This document shows, in pieces, positions 1 to 9,236 of a stretch of DNA of 64,000 nt (the stretch's first letter is position 1; each line of letters opens with the position of its first letter). Under the pieces are notes generated by a model. It was not told where the DNA came from and did not search any database. It worked only from the letters and a program-made list of their open reading frames with translations. This DNA comes from an uncultured delta proteobacterium (GTDB taxonomy: Bacteria > Desulfobacterota > Syntrophia > Syntrophales > UBA2192), in assembly GCA_963810965.1 (NCBI GenBank), contig CAWEPT010000017.1, positions 55,741 to 119,740 on the forward strand, in the 5' to 3' direction. The translations under genes were made by a program, and so were the position numbers.

Positions 1-2
1 AC

Positions 3-137
3 ATCTGGAGCACGATCGGGGTCTCCGAGAGCGTCATCGAGGCAAGCTGGCTTGCCCTGGTGGACAGCATCCAGTACAAGCTGAGCAAGGACAGGCTGAA
101 TCGGAACGGGAAGGAAGCGAGGAAGGCTGTCGCCTAA
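3..137 (+). CDS. cimA: 3' end of a citramalate / 2-isopropylmalate synthase family gene (partial, runs off window start)
   Basis: Frame 3 reads [44 protein letters not shown], then TAA at 135-137. This LeuA-dimer-type C-terminus and the position directly upstream of leuCD are typical of CimA/LeuA enzymes. Confidence 0.55.
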   Translation: MWSTIGVSESVIEASWLALVDSIQYKLSKDRLNRNGKEARKAVA

Positions 138-138
138 A

Positions 139-166
139 CAGTGACCAGTGATTAGTGACCAGTGAC
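139..166. repeat. Four tandem heptads CAGTGAC CAGTGAT TAGTGAC CAGTGAC
   Basis: Read directly in the cimA-leuC spacer. No complementary arm was seen. Confidence 0.8.
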
Positions 167-181
167 CCGTGGAGTAATGAA

Positions 182-1459
182 ATGCCCATGACGATTACGG
201 AAAAGATACTTGCCAGGCACGCGGGGCTCGAGAGCGTTGCCCCGGGGGACCTCGTCGAGGTGAAGGTGGATCTTGCCTTCGCCCACGATTTCACGGCCCC
301 CATCGCCATCCAGGTTTTCAAGGAGATCGGCGCCCCGAAGGTCTTCGACCGAAAGAGGGTCGCCCTCGTGGCCGACCACTTCGTCCCCAACAAGGACATC
401 GCCTCGGCCGAGCAGGCCAAGCTCATGCGCGAGTTCGCCCGCGAGCAGCAGCTCGAGCTTTACTACGAGGTCGGTGAGGCCGGCATCGGCCACGTGCTTC
501 TGCCGGAGCAGGGCCTGGTCGCCCCGGGCCAGGTGATCATCGGGGCCGACAGCCACACCTGCGCCTACGGGGCCCTGGGGGCCTTTTCCACCGGCGTGGG
601 GAGCACCGACATGGCCGCCGTGATGGCCACGGGCGAGATCTGGCTTCGCGTCCCGCCGACGATCCGGGTCGAATACACGGGAGCCCTGAGGCCGCACGTG
701 GGCGGAAAGGACCTGATCCTTCGCCTCATCGGCGAGATCGGCGTCGAGGGTGCGCTGTACAGCGCTCTCGAGTTCTGCGGCGATACCCTCCGCGGGCTTT
801 CCATGCCGCACCGGTTCGCCATGGCGAACATGGCCATCGAGGCCGGGGCGAAAAACGGGATCATGGAGCCCGACGAGGTCACCCGCGCCTACGTGAAGGG
901 CCGGGCCCGGTGGGAGCCCGTTTTCCTCAAGAGCGACGCCGGCGCGAAATACGAAAGAACCATTTCGATCGACGTGAGCTCCCTCGAGCCGCAGATCGCC
1001 TTCCCCCCGTCGCCGGCAAACGTGAAGCCGGTCTCGGAGGCGAAAAACGTCACGCTGGACCAGGTCTTCATCGGTTCCTGCACCAACGGGTGGCTGGAGG
1101 ACCTGCGGGATGCAGCGAGTCTGCTGAAAGGCCGAAAGAAGGCGCCGGGCCTTCGCCTGATCGTCATCCCGGCCACTCCGACCATCCTTCAGGCGGCCAT
1201 GAAGGAGGGGATCATCGATACGTTCCTCGAGGCCGGCGCCGTCATCGGGCCGCCCTGCTGCGGGCCCTGCCTGGGAGGGCACATGGGGATCCTGGCCTCG
1301 GGCGAGCGGGCGCTGGCGACGACGAACCGCAATTTCGTCGGCCGCATGGGCCACCCGAAGAGCGAGGTCTTTCTCTGCAATCCCTTTGTGGCGGCGGCAT
1401 CGGCGGTGTTGGGGAGAATCGCAAGCTCCGGACGAATTATAAAGCAGTGTCTGGAGTGA
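182..1459 (+). CDS. leuC: 3-isopropylmalate/citramalate-pathway dehydratase large subunit (aconitase family)
   Basis: ORF 155-1459. Motifs seen: MTITEKILARH, GADSHTCAYGALGAF, IGSCTNG, CGPCLGGH. ATG 182 lies 7 nt after GGAG at 171-174. Confidence 0.9.
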   Translation: MPMTITEKILARHAGLESVAPGDLVEVKVDLAFAHDFTAPIAIQVFKEIGAPKVFDRKRVALVADHFVPNKDIASAEQAKLMREFAREQQLELYYEVGEAGIGHVLLPEQGLVAPGQVIIGADSHTCAYGALGAFSTGVGSTDMAAVMATGEIWLRVPPTIRVEYTGALRPHVGGKDLILRLIGEIGVEGALYSALEFCGDTLRGLSMPHRFAMANMAIEAGAKNGIMEPDEVTRAYVKGRARWEPVFLKSDAGAKYERTISIDVSSLEPQIAFPPSPANVKPVSEAKNVTLDQVFIGSCTNGWLEDLRDAASLLKGRKKAPGLRLIVIPATPTILQAAMKEGIIDTFLEAGAVIGPPCCGPCLGGHMGILASGERALATTNRNFVGRMGHPKSEVFLCNPFVAAASAVLGRIASSGRIIKQCLE

Positions 1460-1519
1460 AATGGAGTACATGGGTCTGAGTGAAGAAAGACAGATTCCAA
1501 CATTCATTATTCCATTCTC
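1452..1519. repeat. Possible word-repeat hairpin (TGGAGTG/AATGGAGTA arm versus ATTCCAA CATTCAT TATTCCA TTCTC arm)
   Basis: The imperfect complementary arms are built from heptad-like words. The element overlaps the leuC stop in the leuC-leuD spacer. Confidence 0.3.
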
Positions 1520-1564
1520 GCACTGCAGACACTCGGATAGTCACTTCGACTGTAAGGAGACGAC

Positions 1565-2068
1565 ATGAAATACGAAGGTAGAGTCTGGAAGTTCGGCGAT
1601 GATGTGGACACGGATCTCATCATTGCAGCCCGCTATTGCAATGTCTCCGACGGGGCCTTGCTGGCAAAGCACGCCTTTGCCGACGGAAAGCCTGAATTCG
1701 CATCCACCGTCTCGCCGGGGGATGTCATCGTGGGGGGAAGGAACTTCGGCTGCGGCTCCTCCCGGGAGCACGCCCCTATCGCCATCAAGGCCTCCGGCGT
1801 CTCCGTCATCATCGCGAAGAGCTTCGCCCGGATCTTCTACCGCAATGCCTTCAACATCGGGCTGCCGCTCCTCGAGTCGGCCGATGCCGCCGAGGATCTG
1901 CAGGAAGGCGACCGGCTTTCCGTCGATCTGATCGCCGGGAGAATCGAGAACCTCACCCGCGGGAAATCCTACCAGGCCCGCCCGATCCCGCCGTTCATGG
2001 AGCGGCTCATCAAGGCCGGCGGTCTGGTGGAGCACATCCGCAAGGAAAAGCTTCAGAAGCGGCCATAG
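1565..2068 (+). CDS. leuD: 3-isopropylmalate dehydratase small subunit
   Basis: Intact 167-aa ORF. Motifs KFGDDVDTDLIIAARY and GRNFGCGSSREHAP are typical of the short LeuD type. GGAG lies upstream. Confidence 0.9.
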   Translation: MKYEGRVWKFGDDVDTDLIIAARYCNVSDGALLAKHAFADGKPEFASTVSPGDVIVGGRNFGCGSSREHAPIAIKASGVSVIIAKSFARIFYRNAFNIGLPLLESADAAEDLQEGDRLSVDLIAGRIENLTRGKSYQARPIPPFMERLIKAGGLVEHIRKEKLQKRP

Positions 2069-2110
2069 CGTTCAAGCTGCTGCGCAGTTTTGCCCTCGAC
2101 GGTCATGAAA

Positions 2111-2146
2111 AGGCCTTCCGCCCCTTGGGGCGGGAGGCCTTTGTGA
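2111..2146 (+). terminator. Rho-independent terminator after leuD
   Basis: AGGCCTTCCGCCCC..GGGGCGGGAGGCCT stem followed by TTGTGATTCT. Confidence 0.6.
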
Positions 2147-2239
2147 TTCTCGCCTTTGCACGGATCCGCTTCCGGCCAGGGGGCAGGACTCGACCCGCCC
2201 GGAATGGGAACCCTGCCCGGGACAGGAAAGACTTCCCGG

Positions 2240-2268
2240 TTGACGAACCGGGGGGTTTCGTTTAAAGT
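2240..2268 (+). promoter_or_regulatory. Sigma70-like promoter candidate for the mla-like operon
   Basis: TTGACG (2240-2245), a 17-nt spacer, then TAAAGT (2263-2268), about 50 nt upstream of the GTG at 2316. Confidence 0.4.
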
Positions 2269-2315
2269 TTTACCGCAGTTACGCGCAGGGCAGGAGTGTC
2301 CGGGAGGCCGTTTCA

Positions 2316-3093
2316 GTGCGGGATTTCGTGGGGTATGTGGGAAGGCAGACGGAGGTTCGGCTGAACCGCTACGCGGACCAGTCGGCCTTCCTCTACCGGA
2401 TCCTGCGCCAGATCGTCGTCAATCCTCGAGCGGGCCGCAGGCTCCGGATCCGAATCGTCATCGAGCAGATCTATTTCACGGCCGTCGAAGCCCTGTGGAT
2501 CGTGATCCCCATTGCGCTTCTGCTCGGCAGCATGATGATCCTGCAGTTCTCCGGTGTTGCGGCCCAGCATGACCTGGGAAAGATCACGGTGGCCCTGCTC
2601 ATCCGCGAGTTCGGACCGCTCCTCACGGCGCTCATCGTCACTCTCCGGTCCGCCACGGCGATAACCATCGAGACGGGATATATGAACGTGCTGAGGGAAA
2701 TCGAAGCCCTGGAGCTCCAGGGGATCAACCCTCTCGATATCCTGTACGTGCCCCGCATGATCGGCATCACGGTGTCCATGTTCTGCCTGATCACGATTTT
2801 CTGCATCACCTCCGTGCTGGGGGGATACGCCATCGCCTGGGCGCTGACGACCCTGCCCCTGCAGAATTTTCTCTCCCAGATCGGGAAGGCCATCACGGGC
2901 CTCGACATTGCCGTCGTCGCCCTCAAGGCCCTTTTTTTCGGCGTGGGCATCACCGTGATCTCGCTGCACTACGGGCTGGCCATTCAAAAGGGGGATCACG
3001 GAGGTTCCCGTTGCCACTTCGAGGGGGGCCGTTGCGTGCCTCTTTTACTGCCTGGCGGTGAATTTCATTCTCTTTGCCGCCTTCTTCCTGTAG
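2316..3093 (+). CDS. mlaE: MlaE/Ttg2B-type ABC transporter permease (one frame disruption near 2990)
   Basis: ORF 2316-3119 matches MlaE up to HYGLAIQKG. The expected C-terminus ITEVPVATSRGAVACLFYCLAVNFILFAAFFL* lies in another frame and ends at TAG 3091-3093. The switch is at a G-run before GATC. Confidence 0.85.
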
Positions 3094-3100
3094 GTTGGAT

Positions 3101-3767
3101 ATGGCGATTGTCGAACTGAGAGAGTACGCGCACGCCCCCACGGGCCGGGGAAAGGGACTGCAGAAGTTTTCCTTCTCGCTTTCGCCGGGCGATGCCTTCA
3201 GCCTTCATGCCGACCGGATCGACGATGCGCACCTTTTCCTGAGGGCCCTGGCAACCCTCGAGCCGCCGGAGGAGGGAACGTACTTTTTCAAGGGCGAAGC
3301 GCTGGATTTTACCAAGTCCCGCCGGCTCCTGCCCGTCCGGAGAAGGATCGCCTATCTCGGGACCGATGCCGCCCTGATCGGGAACCGGACGCTGAGAACG
3401 AATCTGTTGCTCGGCCGCTACTACCACGAAAACAAGCTGGACCTGGAGTTGAGCGACGATGTCCTGTCCATGTGCCGCCTTTTGGGGATCGAGGAAAAGC
3501 TCGACCTTCGCCCCGCACAGGTCGCGCTGGAGGATGTCCGCGCGGCCGTCATCGTCCGGGAGATGACGAAGGGGGCCGAGGTGTTTCTCATCGAGCAGGC
3601 CTTTGTCGTTCTCGCCCGCCCGGTCGTCGAGCTCTACATCGAGATGATCCGGAAGATGATCGATTCGGGCATTCCCTGCGTCTACTATGCCGGACTGACG
3701 CAGTACGATCGCCTGTTCAAGAAGAAGAGACATCTACATTCGGGACGGCGTGGTGAATGTCGTTTGA
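3101..3767 (+). CDS. ABC-ATPase-fold protein in the MlaF position with all catalytic motifs degenerate (frame change near 3725)
   Basis: Part of ORF 3074-4255, starting at ATG 3101. It aligns in register with MlaF (RRRIAYLG.., EVFLIEQAF) but lacks Walker A, the Q-loop, LSGG, the Walker B D-E and the H-loop. The tail DIYIRDGVVNVV* is in another frame and ends at TGA 3765-3767. Confidence 0.65.
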
Positions 3768-3791
3768 GCGCCGTCCCGTCTCGGGGGAGTC

Positions 3792-4740
3792 ATGGAACTG
3801 AAATTCAGCAGGATGGATCGGGTCGTCGGCGTCTTCCTCATCCTCGTCGTCGCCCTCATGGTGGGCACGGTGGTCCTTCTCGGGCGCGGCAAGGACTGGT
3901 TCCGGCCCACGGTGACCTACTATGCGCAGTTCAAGGAGAACTACAATCTCGCGCCGGGCTCGTCGGTGAAGCTCTTCAAGGCCGAGATCGGGCATGTGAA
4001 GTCCGTGCAGCTCGTCGGGGATGCCGTCCGCGTGCGGCTGTCGATCTTCGAGGAGTATCACAACCGGTTCCGGCAGGACACGGTGGTCACCGTCGAGAGC
4101 CCCACCTTCATCGGGTCGGAATACGTGGCCGTGCGCCCGGGCAAACCCGACAGCCCCCTGATTCCCGCCGGGAGGGACGATCAAATCCGAGGAGAAGAAG
4201 ACCCTCTCGCAGATCCTGGCGGAGTACGAGGTGGAGGAGACGGCCAAGCGCCTGACGGAGACCATCCGGAACCTCGCCGACATCGTCGAGGAATTGAGAG
4301 ACCCGCAGGGACCGCTCTTCGTCTCGCTGAACAGCATCGAGAAAAACCTGAAAAATCTGGAAACGGTCACCACCGGCCTGAAGGAAGGCGAGGGGACGGC
4401 GGGTCAGCTCCTGCGGTCCGACGAGTTGATCAACCGGGTGAACACCTCCATGGAGAGGCTCGACAATGTCTTGAAAAACATCGAGGGCGCCACCCCCGAG
4501 GTGACGGCCAATCTGCGGGAGAGCATGGAGAAAATCCGGGAGATCACGGCCAACCTCGAGAAGGGCAGCCGCGAGGTCCCGGCCGTGATCCGGACGACGA
4601 AGCGCGGCATCCAGGAAATCCGGGACGGTGTGGACGAGATCAATCGCGTCGTCAAGGCCCTCGAAAAGGCCCCCGTAATCAGGGGAAACCTCCCGCCGAA
4701 GCCCGAGGGGAAGGACCTGGACGCGGGACTGAGGAAGTGA
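3792..4740 (+). CDS. mlaD: MlaD/MCE-family substrate-binding protein with a long helical C-terminal extension (frame change near 4185)
   Basis: ORF 3792-4751 gives an N-terminal TM segment plus an MCE domain (YYAQFKENYNLAPGSSVKLFKAEIGHV). ORF 4231-4740 supplies the coiled C-terminus. Confidence 0.8.
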
Positions 4741-4747
4741 GGCGGCT

Positions 4748-5675
4748 ATGAGAACCGTGAAAATTGGAATCGTGCTGTTCTTCGTGATCCTCGCTGGCAT
4801 CCTGCGGCGGGACAAAAGAAGTGGTCGTGCCCGAGCACATCAGCGCCGGCAGCGTGCAGACCGACAAGGGGATGCCATTCTATGAACGGGGCTGTTACGC
4901 CCGTGCCCTGGATCACTTCTACAGGGCCAACGAACTTTACACGGCGATCGGGGACAGCCGCGGCATGGCCATGAGCGCAAACAACATCGGCGTCGTGTAC
5001 CGCGCCATGGGCGAGGCCGCAGCCGCGATCCCCTTCTTCGAGGATGCCCTGCGGATGTACAGGAGTCTCGGGGATCAGGAGGACGTGCGCCAGACGCTGT
5101 CGAACCTGGCGGCTGCCCAGGTCGATACCGGGGATTACGCTTCGGCCGGGAAGAACATCGACGAAGCGCTGAAGATCCACATCCGGCGCAAGCCTTTCGC
5201 CCCGGCCATGACGGTGAAGGGGATTCTCCTTGCGAAGCAGGGCGATGTCAAGGGGGCCGAAGCGATGCTCAAAGAAGCCCTCGATGACATCGACCGGAGG
5301 CATCCGGCCGGTGAGGCCGCCGCGAATTACGCCATGGGGGAGCTGCTGCTCGGGACGGCCCGATACAAGGAGGCCGTTCCCTATTTCAACAAGGCTCTCG
5401 AAAGCGACCGCAAGGCAGGCTTTTACAAGGGGATCGCCGATGACTTGACCGCCCTGGGCCGCTGCAGTGCAGGGCTTCGGGACGATGCCGCGGCCGTGAA
5501 TTACTGGGAGCAGAGCGTGCGGATCTATGCCCTGCTGGGGATGGAGGAAAAGGTCCGGGCGACGATGGGTATGCTGGAAGAGGCGGCAAAGCGCTCGAAC
5601 CGGGATATCGCACTCACCCGCGCCCTTGTGGACCGCTGGCTCAAGGGGGAGATGACGGACAGCCTCTGCGAATGA
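4748..5675 (+). CDS. TPR-repeat protein, probable lipoprotein (frame change inside the signal peptide)
   Basis: ATG 4748 gives MRTVKIGIVLFFVILAG. The next frame gives ..SCGGTKEVVVPEH, joining ORF 4821-5675, which has repeated TPR-like A..Y.RAL..Y... units. Confidence 0.65.
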
Positions 5676-5699
5676 CACCTTCGACGCATAGGCAATGAT

Positions 5700-5783
5700 G
5701 AGTTTTGAGTTTCGAGTTATGAGTTGAAGAGGAGGAACAGAGCCTTCTCCAATTCATAACTCAAAATTCATAACTCAAAACTC
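5700..5783. repeat. Long imperfect hairpin with arms of tandem heptads (GAGTTNN x4 versus NAACTCA/AATTCA words)
   Basis: 5700-5732 reads GAGTTTT GAGTTTC GAGTTAT GAGTTGA AGAGG. 5743-5783 reads CCTTCTCC AATTCA TAACTCA AAATTCA TAACTCA AAACTC. The element is AT-rich relative to its flanks. Confidence 0.8.
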
Positions 5784-5791
5784 GGTGGTTC

Positions 5792-6679
5792 ATGGACGTC
5801 TTCGGCCTCGGCCAGTGTTCCCTCGACTATGTCGGGCGCATCCCCGCCTGGCCTTCCCCCGATACGAAATGTGAGTTCCACGACCTGGTCATCCAGGGAG
5901 GCGGGCCCGTAGCCACGGCCCTGGTGGCCCTTTCCCGCTGGGGGCTTGCCTGCCATTTTGCCGGTGTTGCCGGCGATGACTCGTTCGGGAAGCAGATCGC
6001 CCGCTTTCTTCAAAACGAGGGCGTCGATACCTCAGGCCTTGTCGAAAGGCCGGGACACAGCTCGCAGTTTGCCTTCATCGCCTCGGAGCCCGGAGGAAGG
6101 CGGACCATCTTCTGGCAGAGGCCGACGGGCGAGGCGCTCAAGCCCTCGGAAATCCGGATGGACATCCTCCGTGCCTCCCGCGTCCTGCACACGGACGGGC
6201 TTTTCATCGAGGCATCTCTTGCCGCCGCGTCCGAGGCGAAAAAGGCGGGGGTCATCGTCGCCGTCGATGCGGGGACCCTCCGGGAGGGGATGCTCGAACT
6301 GGCCCGCCTCAGCGACTGCTTCGTGAGCTCCGAGTCCTTCGCCCGTTCCCTTGTCGGCGGCGACGACCCCCTCGGGGCGTGCAGGAGGATCGCCGAGCTC
6401 GGCCCGAGGATAGCGGGCGTGACCCTGGGTGCGAGAGGATATGCGGCCCTGTTCGGCGGGCGATCCATCGTGAAGCCCGCCTGTGCCGTCGAGGCCGTCG
6501 ACACGACGGGCTGCGGCGATGTCTTCCACGCCGGCCTCACCTATGGACTCGTCCGGGGCTGGGACCCCGGGAGAAGCTTCGATCTTGCCGCCTGGGCCGC
6601 GGCGCAGGTGGCGACCCGGATGGGCGGCCGGGCGGGGATCCCGCCGAAAAGCGAGCTGCAGGCCAGGGGGTACGAGTAA
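5792..6679 (+). CDS. PfkB-family carbohydrate kinase (ribokinase-like)
   Basis: Intact 295-aa ORF. GGGPVATALVALSRWG and the C-terminal DTTGCGDVFHAG motif are typical of PfkB kinases. Confidence 0.8.
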   Translation: MDVFGLGQCSLDYVGRIPAWPSPDTKCEFHDLVIQGGGPVATALVALSRWGLACHFAGVAGDDSFGKQIARFLQNEGVDTSGLVERPGHSSQFAFIASEPGGRRTIFWQRPTGEALKPSEIRMDILRASRVLHTDGLFIEASLAAASEAKKAGVIVAVDAGTLREGMLELARLSDCFVSSESFARSLVGGDDPLGACRRIAELGPRIAGVTLGARGYAALFGGRSIVKPACAVEAVDTTGCGDVFHAGLTYGLVRGWDPGRSFDLAAWAAAQVATRMGGRAGIPPKSELQARGYE

Positions 6680-6798
6680 GGGCCTGCATACGGGAGCGCC
6701 CCGCAGTGAAAACCCCGCCCGGTGTCTGCCCGGATTGACGCACCCGGGGATATCCTGTAGAAGAAACGGAAAACACTCTGAAGGGCATTCATGAACTG

Positions 6799-8373
6799 AT
6801 GTCGAAACGGGTCATCATCATCGGTGCGGGCCTTGCGGGGCTGACGGCGGCCCATGCGGCGGCAAGGCAAGGGGCAACGGTTCTCGTTGTCGACCGGGGC
6901 CCCATCGGAATCGGGACGAACTCGGTGCTGGCCAACGGATTCTTTGCCGGCCCGTCGGAAAAATACAGCCCCGATGACTATATCCGTGACACCCTCCGGG
7001 CGGGGCGGGGACTCAACCGGGAATCCATGGTGAGGCTCGTTGCCCGGGAGGCGCCCTCTGCGTTCCAGCGCCTGCGGTCAGCCGGGGTGCTCCTGAAAGA
7101 AAGGGGTGCGCAGCGCTGTGTCGTCTCCCCGGATCCCTCCGTGATTCCCGGCGTTGCCCTCATGAGAAAGCTGGCGGGCCTGGTCAAAAACCTCGACGGC
7201 GTTCATGTCCTCCCCGGCTTCCAGGTCACCGAGCTGCCCTGTCACAACGGCAGGGTCTGCGGCGTCCGGGGTTTCAACCGCAAGGGCGAGGAAATGGACA
7301 TCGACGCCCCCGCCGTGGTCCTTGCCGCGGGAGGCGCAGGGGCCATCTATCGCCGTCATGACAACCAGAAGAAGATCCTGGGGCAGGGATATGCCCTGGC
7401 CGCGCAGGCGGGGCTCGATCTCTGGGACATGGAGTTCGTCCAGTTCTTCCCGCTGGTTCTTGCGGACCCGCGGCTGCCGGCCCTGATCGTCTATCCGCCT
7501 TTTGCACGCGAGGCGAAGCTCGTCGATTCATCCGGTGAGAGCATCCTCGAAAAGCACGGTCTCGGGGATGTCAACGAGGCGATCGTCAAGAAGCGCGACT
7601 CCTTCTCGGCCCTTCTCTTCGAGGAGGCGCAGGCGGGGGGCGTTTTTCTCGACCTTCGCGAGGTTCCCGCTTCGGCCTGGGATGTTCATCCCCTGGCCAT
7701 CTTCAAGAGGCTTCGCTTCAATTTCAGGGGAAAGCCCGTGGCCGTTGCACCGGCCGTCCACTTCACGATGGGCGGTCTGAGGACCGGCGAGACGTGCGAG
7801 ACGGACATCGTCGGCCTTTTTGCCTGCGGGGAGATCCTCTGGGGGCTTCACGGGGCAAACCGGATGGGCGGCAACGCGCTGACGGAGTGTGTCGTGTCGG
7901 GGGCCGTTGCCGGGCGAGCTGCGGCCGAACGGGCCCTGGGTGAAATGCCCGTTCCCTCCTGCCGGGAAAAGCCGCGGCAGCTCCCTGCGGCGGGCACTGT
8001 GCCGGGAGCCGGTGAAATTCGGGACATCCTGTCGGCGATCCGGGCGACGGCCTGGGAGTGCGCGGGGATTGTAAGGTCGGACGAAGGGTTGCGCAGGGGC
8101 ATGGAGAGGCTCGAGGCGATCGAGAAGCGCCTGAAGCCGCTTGGGGCGGCCGGTCCCGGCGGGCGCGCCGTCCTGGAGGATGCCAGGGCAGGGGCCCTCG
8201 TGCTGCGCGCCATCCTGCAGGCGAGCCTCGGGCGCAGGGAGAGCCGCGGGAGCTTCCTGCGGAGCGATTTTGCGGATGAGGACGACGGCAACTGGCGCAG
8301 GAACTCCTGCCTGGGCTACGACGCGGACAAAAACGCCTTCACGGTGAAGTATCTCCCCGTCGAAGGCGCCTGA
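6799..8373 (+). CDS. FAD-dependent oxidoreductase, L-aspartate oxidase / fumarate reductase flavoprotein family
   Basis: Intact 524-aa ORF. Contains the dinucleotide fold IIIGAGLAGLTAA, plus HFTMGGL and LFACGE..GLHGANRMGGNALTECVV. Confidence 0.75.
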   Translation: MSKRVIIIGAGLAGLTAAHAAARQGATVLVVDRGPIGIGTNSVLANGFFAGPSEKYSPDDYIRDTLRAGRGLNRESMVRLVAREAPSAFQRLRSAGVLLKERGAQRCVVSPDPSVIPGVALMRKLAGLVKNLDGVHVLPGFQVTELPCHNGRVCGVRGFNRKGEEMDIDAPAVVLAAGGAGAIYRRHDNQKKILGQGYALAAQAGLDLWDMEFVQFFPLVLADPRLPALIVYPPFAREAKLVDSSGESILEKHGLGDVNEAIVKKRDSFSALLFEEAQAGGVFLDLREVPASAWDVHPLAIFKRLRFNFRGKPVAVAPAVHFTMGGLRTGETCETDIVGLFACGEILWGLHGANRMGGNALTECVVSGAVAGRAAAERALGEMPVPSCREKPRQLPAAGTVPGAGEIRDILSAIRATAWECAGIVRSDEGLRRGMERLEAIEKRLKPLGAAGPGGRAVLEDARAGALVLRAILQASLGRRESRGSFLRSDFADEDDGNWRRNSCLGYDADKNAFTVKYLPVEGA

Positions 8374-8410
8374 AAAAAAGACGGCACTGTATGTGCAGGA
8401 AGGCGATCTC

Positions 8411-8632
8411 ATGAGAAGGATTCTTTCCGTTGCGTTCCTGGTCGCCGCTTGCGCCCTCGTTGCGTGGCTCTGGTGGCCCCTGGCGACGGAGCTGCTCCAT
8501 GCGGGGGTTCCCGCCGATATCGATGACCACCGCGTCTCCCATCACATCTGGCTGACCGGCTTCATCTCCATCTGTGCCGTTTTCATCTCCCTGGGAATCA
8601 GGAACATCGGGGACAGGGACGGCGAAAGTTAA
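8411..8632 (+). CDS. Small two-TM membrane protein, paralogue 1
   Basis: Lies within ORF 8393-8632. ATG 8411 follows AGGAAGG. Shares LVAWLWW..EL..AG.P......LTGF with the next ORF. Confidence 0.5.
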   Translation: MRRILSVAFLVAACALVAWLWWPLATELLHAGVPADIDDHRVSHHIWLTGFISICAVFISLGIRNIGDRDGES

Positions 8633-8658
8633 CGCTGCAGGCAGCGGAGGAGACTTCG

Positions 8659-8868
8659 ATGAGCAGGCTCATTCGTTTCACGCTGGTGGCGGGGGCGGCC
8701 GCAATGCTCGCCTGGCTCTGGTACACGGCATGGCCGGAGCTCTTCCGGGCCGGGATGCCCTCCATCACCGAGGATGCCGATTTTGCGCTCCTGGTGCGGC
8801 TGACGGGATTCGTCGTCATCCTCGCGACCGCCCTTTATTTCGCGGTTAAAAATCTCATGAAGAAGTGA
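8659..8868 (+). CDS. Small two-TM membrane protein, paralogue 2
   Basis: 69-aa ORF with MLAWLWY..ELFRAGMP....RLTGFVVI, colinear with the upstream paralogue. Confidence 0.5.
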   Translation: MSRLIRFTLVAGAAAMLAWLWYTAWPELFRAGMPSITEDADFALLVRLTGFVVILATALYFAVKNLMKK

Positions 8869-9114
8869 TCCGTCAGCGGGAGCCGGAAAAATAAGTTCGG
8901 CAGGATATTTCGGGGTATCGGTTCGGAGTGAGAAAACAGGTTTAGTGCTTTGATTATGTCGGTACAGCTTACAGTGCATCCTGTGCAACAGGAATTACTT
9001 AATTATTTAATATAAAATAATATTTTTCGAAAATTCGTGTTTGGTTTTATTTCGCCCGCGGAAAAGTGTCGGTGGACTTTACATTCAGACTGCAAGTCCC
9101 CCTTTGTCGCATCC

Positions 9115-9140
9115 CTGCTCAATGCGCTTGAATTGAGCAG
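9115..9140. promoter_or_regulatory. Perfect 9-bp inverted repeat CTGCTCAAT-N8-ATTGAGCAG (candidate activator site)
   Basis: Read directly. Its centre lies about 95 bp upstream of the GG of the sigma54-like element at 9221. Confidence 0.4.
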
Positions 9141-9220
9141 CCGTATCAATTAAAATAGCAATACATTCGATTACTTGACACTGAAATGGGCGGCGCTCTC
9201 CTCTGCCTGCTTCGACCACG

Positions 9221-9236
9221 TGGTATGGAGATTGCC
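9221..9236 (+). promoter_or_regulatory. Sigma54-type -24/-12 promoter candidate for the plus-strand EPS operon
   Basis: TGGTATGGAGATTGCC compared with the consensus TGGCACG-N4-TTGCW. GG (9222-9223) and GC (9234-9235) have the canonical 12-nt offset. Confidence 0.45.

Noticed and set aside
152-1507. 451-aa minus-strand ORF antisense to leuC. Similar long antisense ORFs occur at 18695-19843, 28943-30010, 32299-33444, 41624-42955, 48544-49587 and 58857-60479.
   Set aside because: They lie opposite genes with clear family motifs. They are Arg/Pro/Gly-rich with no recognisable domains, the typical shadow ORFs of high-GC DNA.
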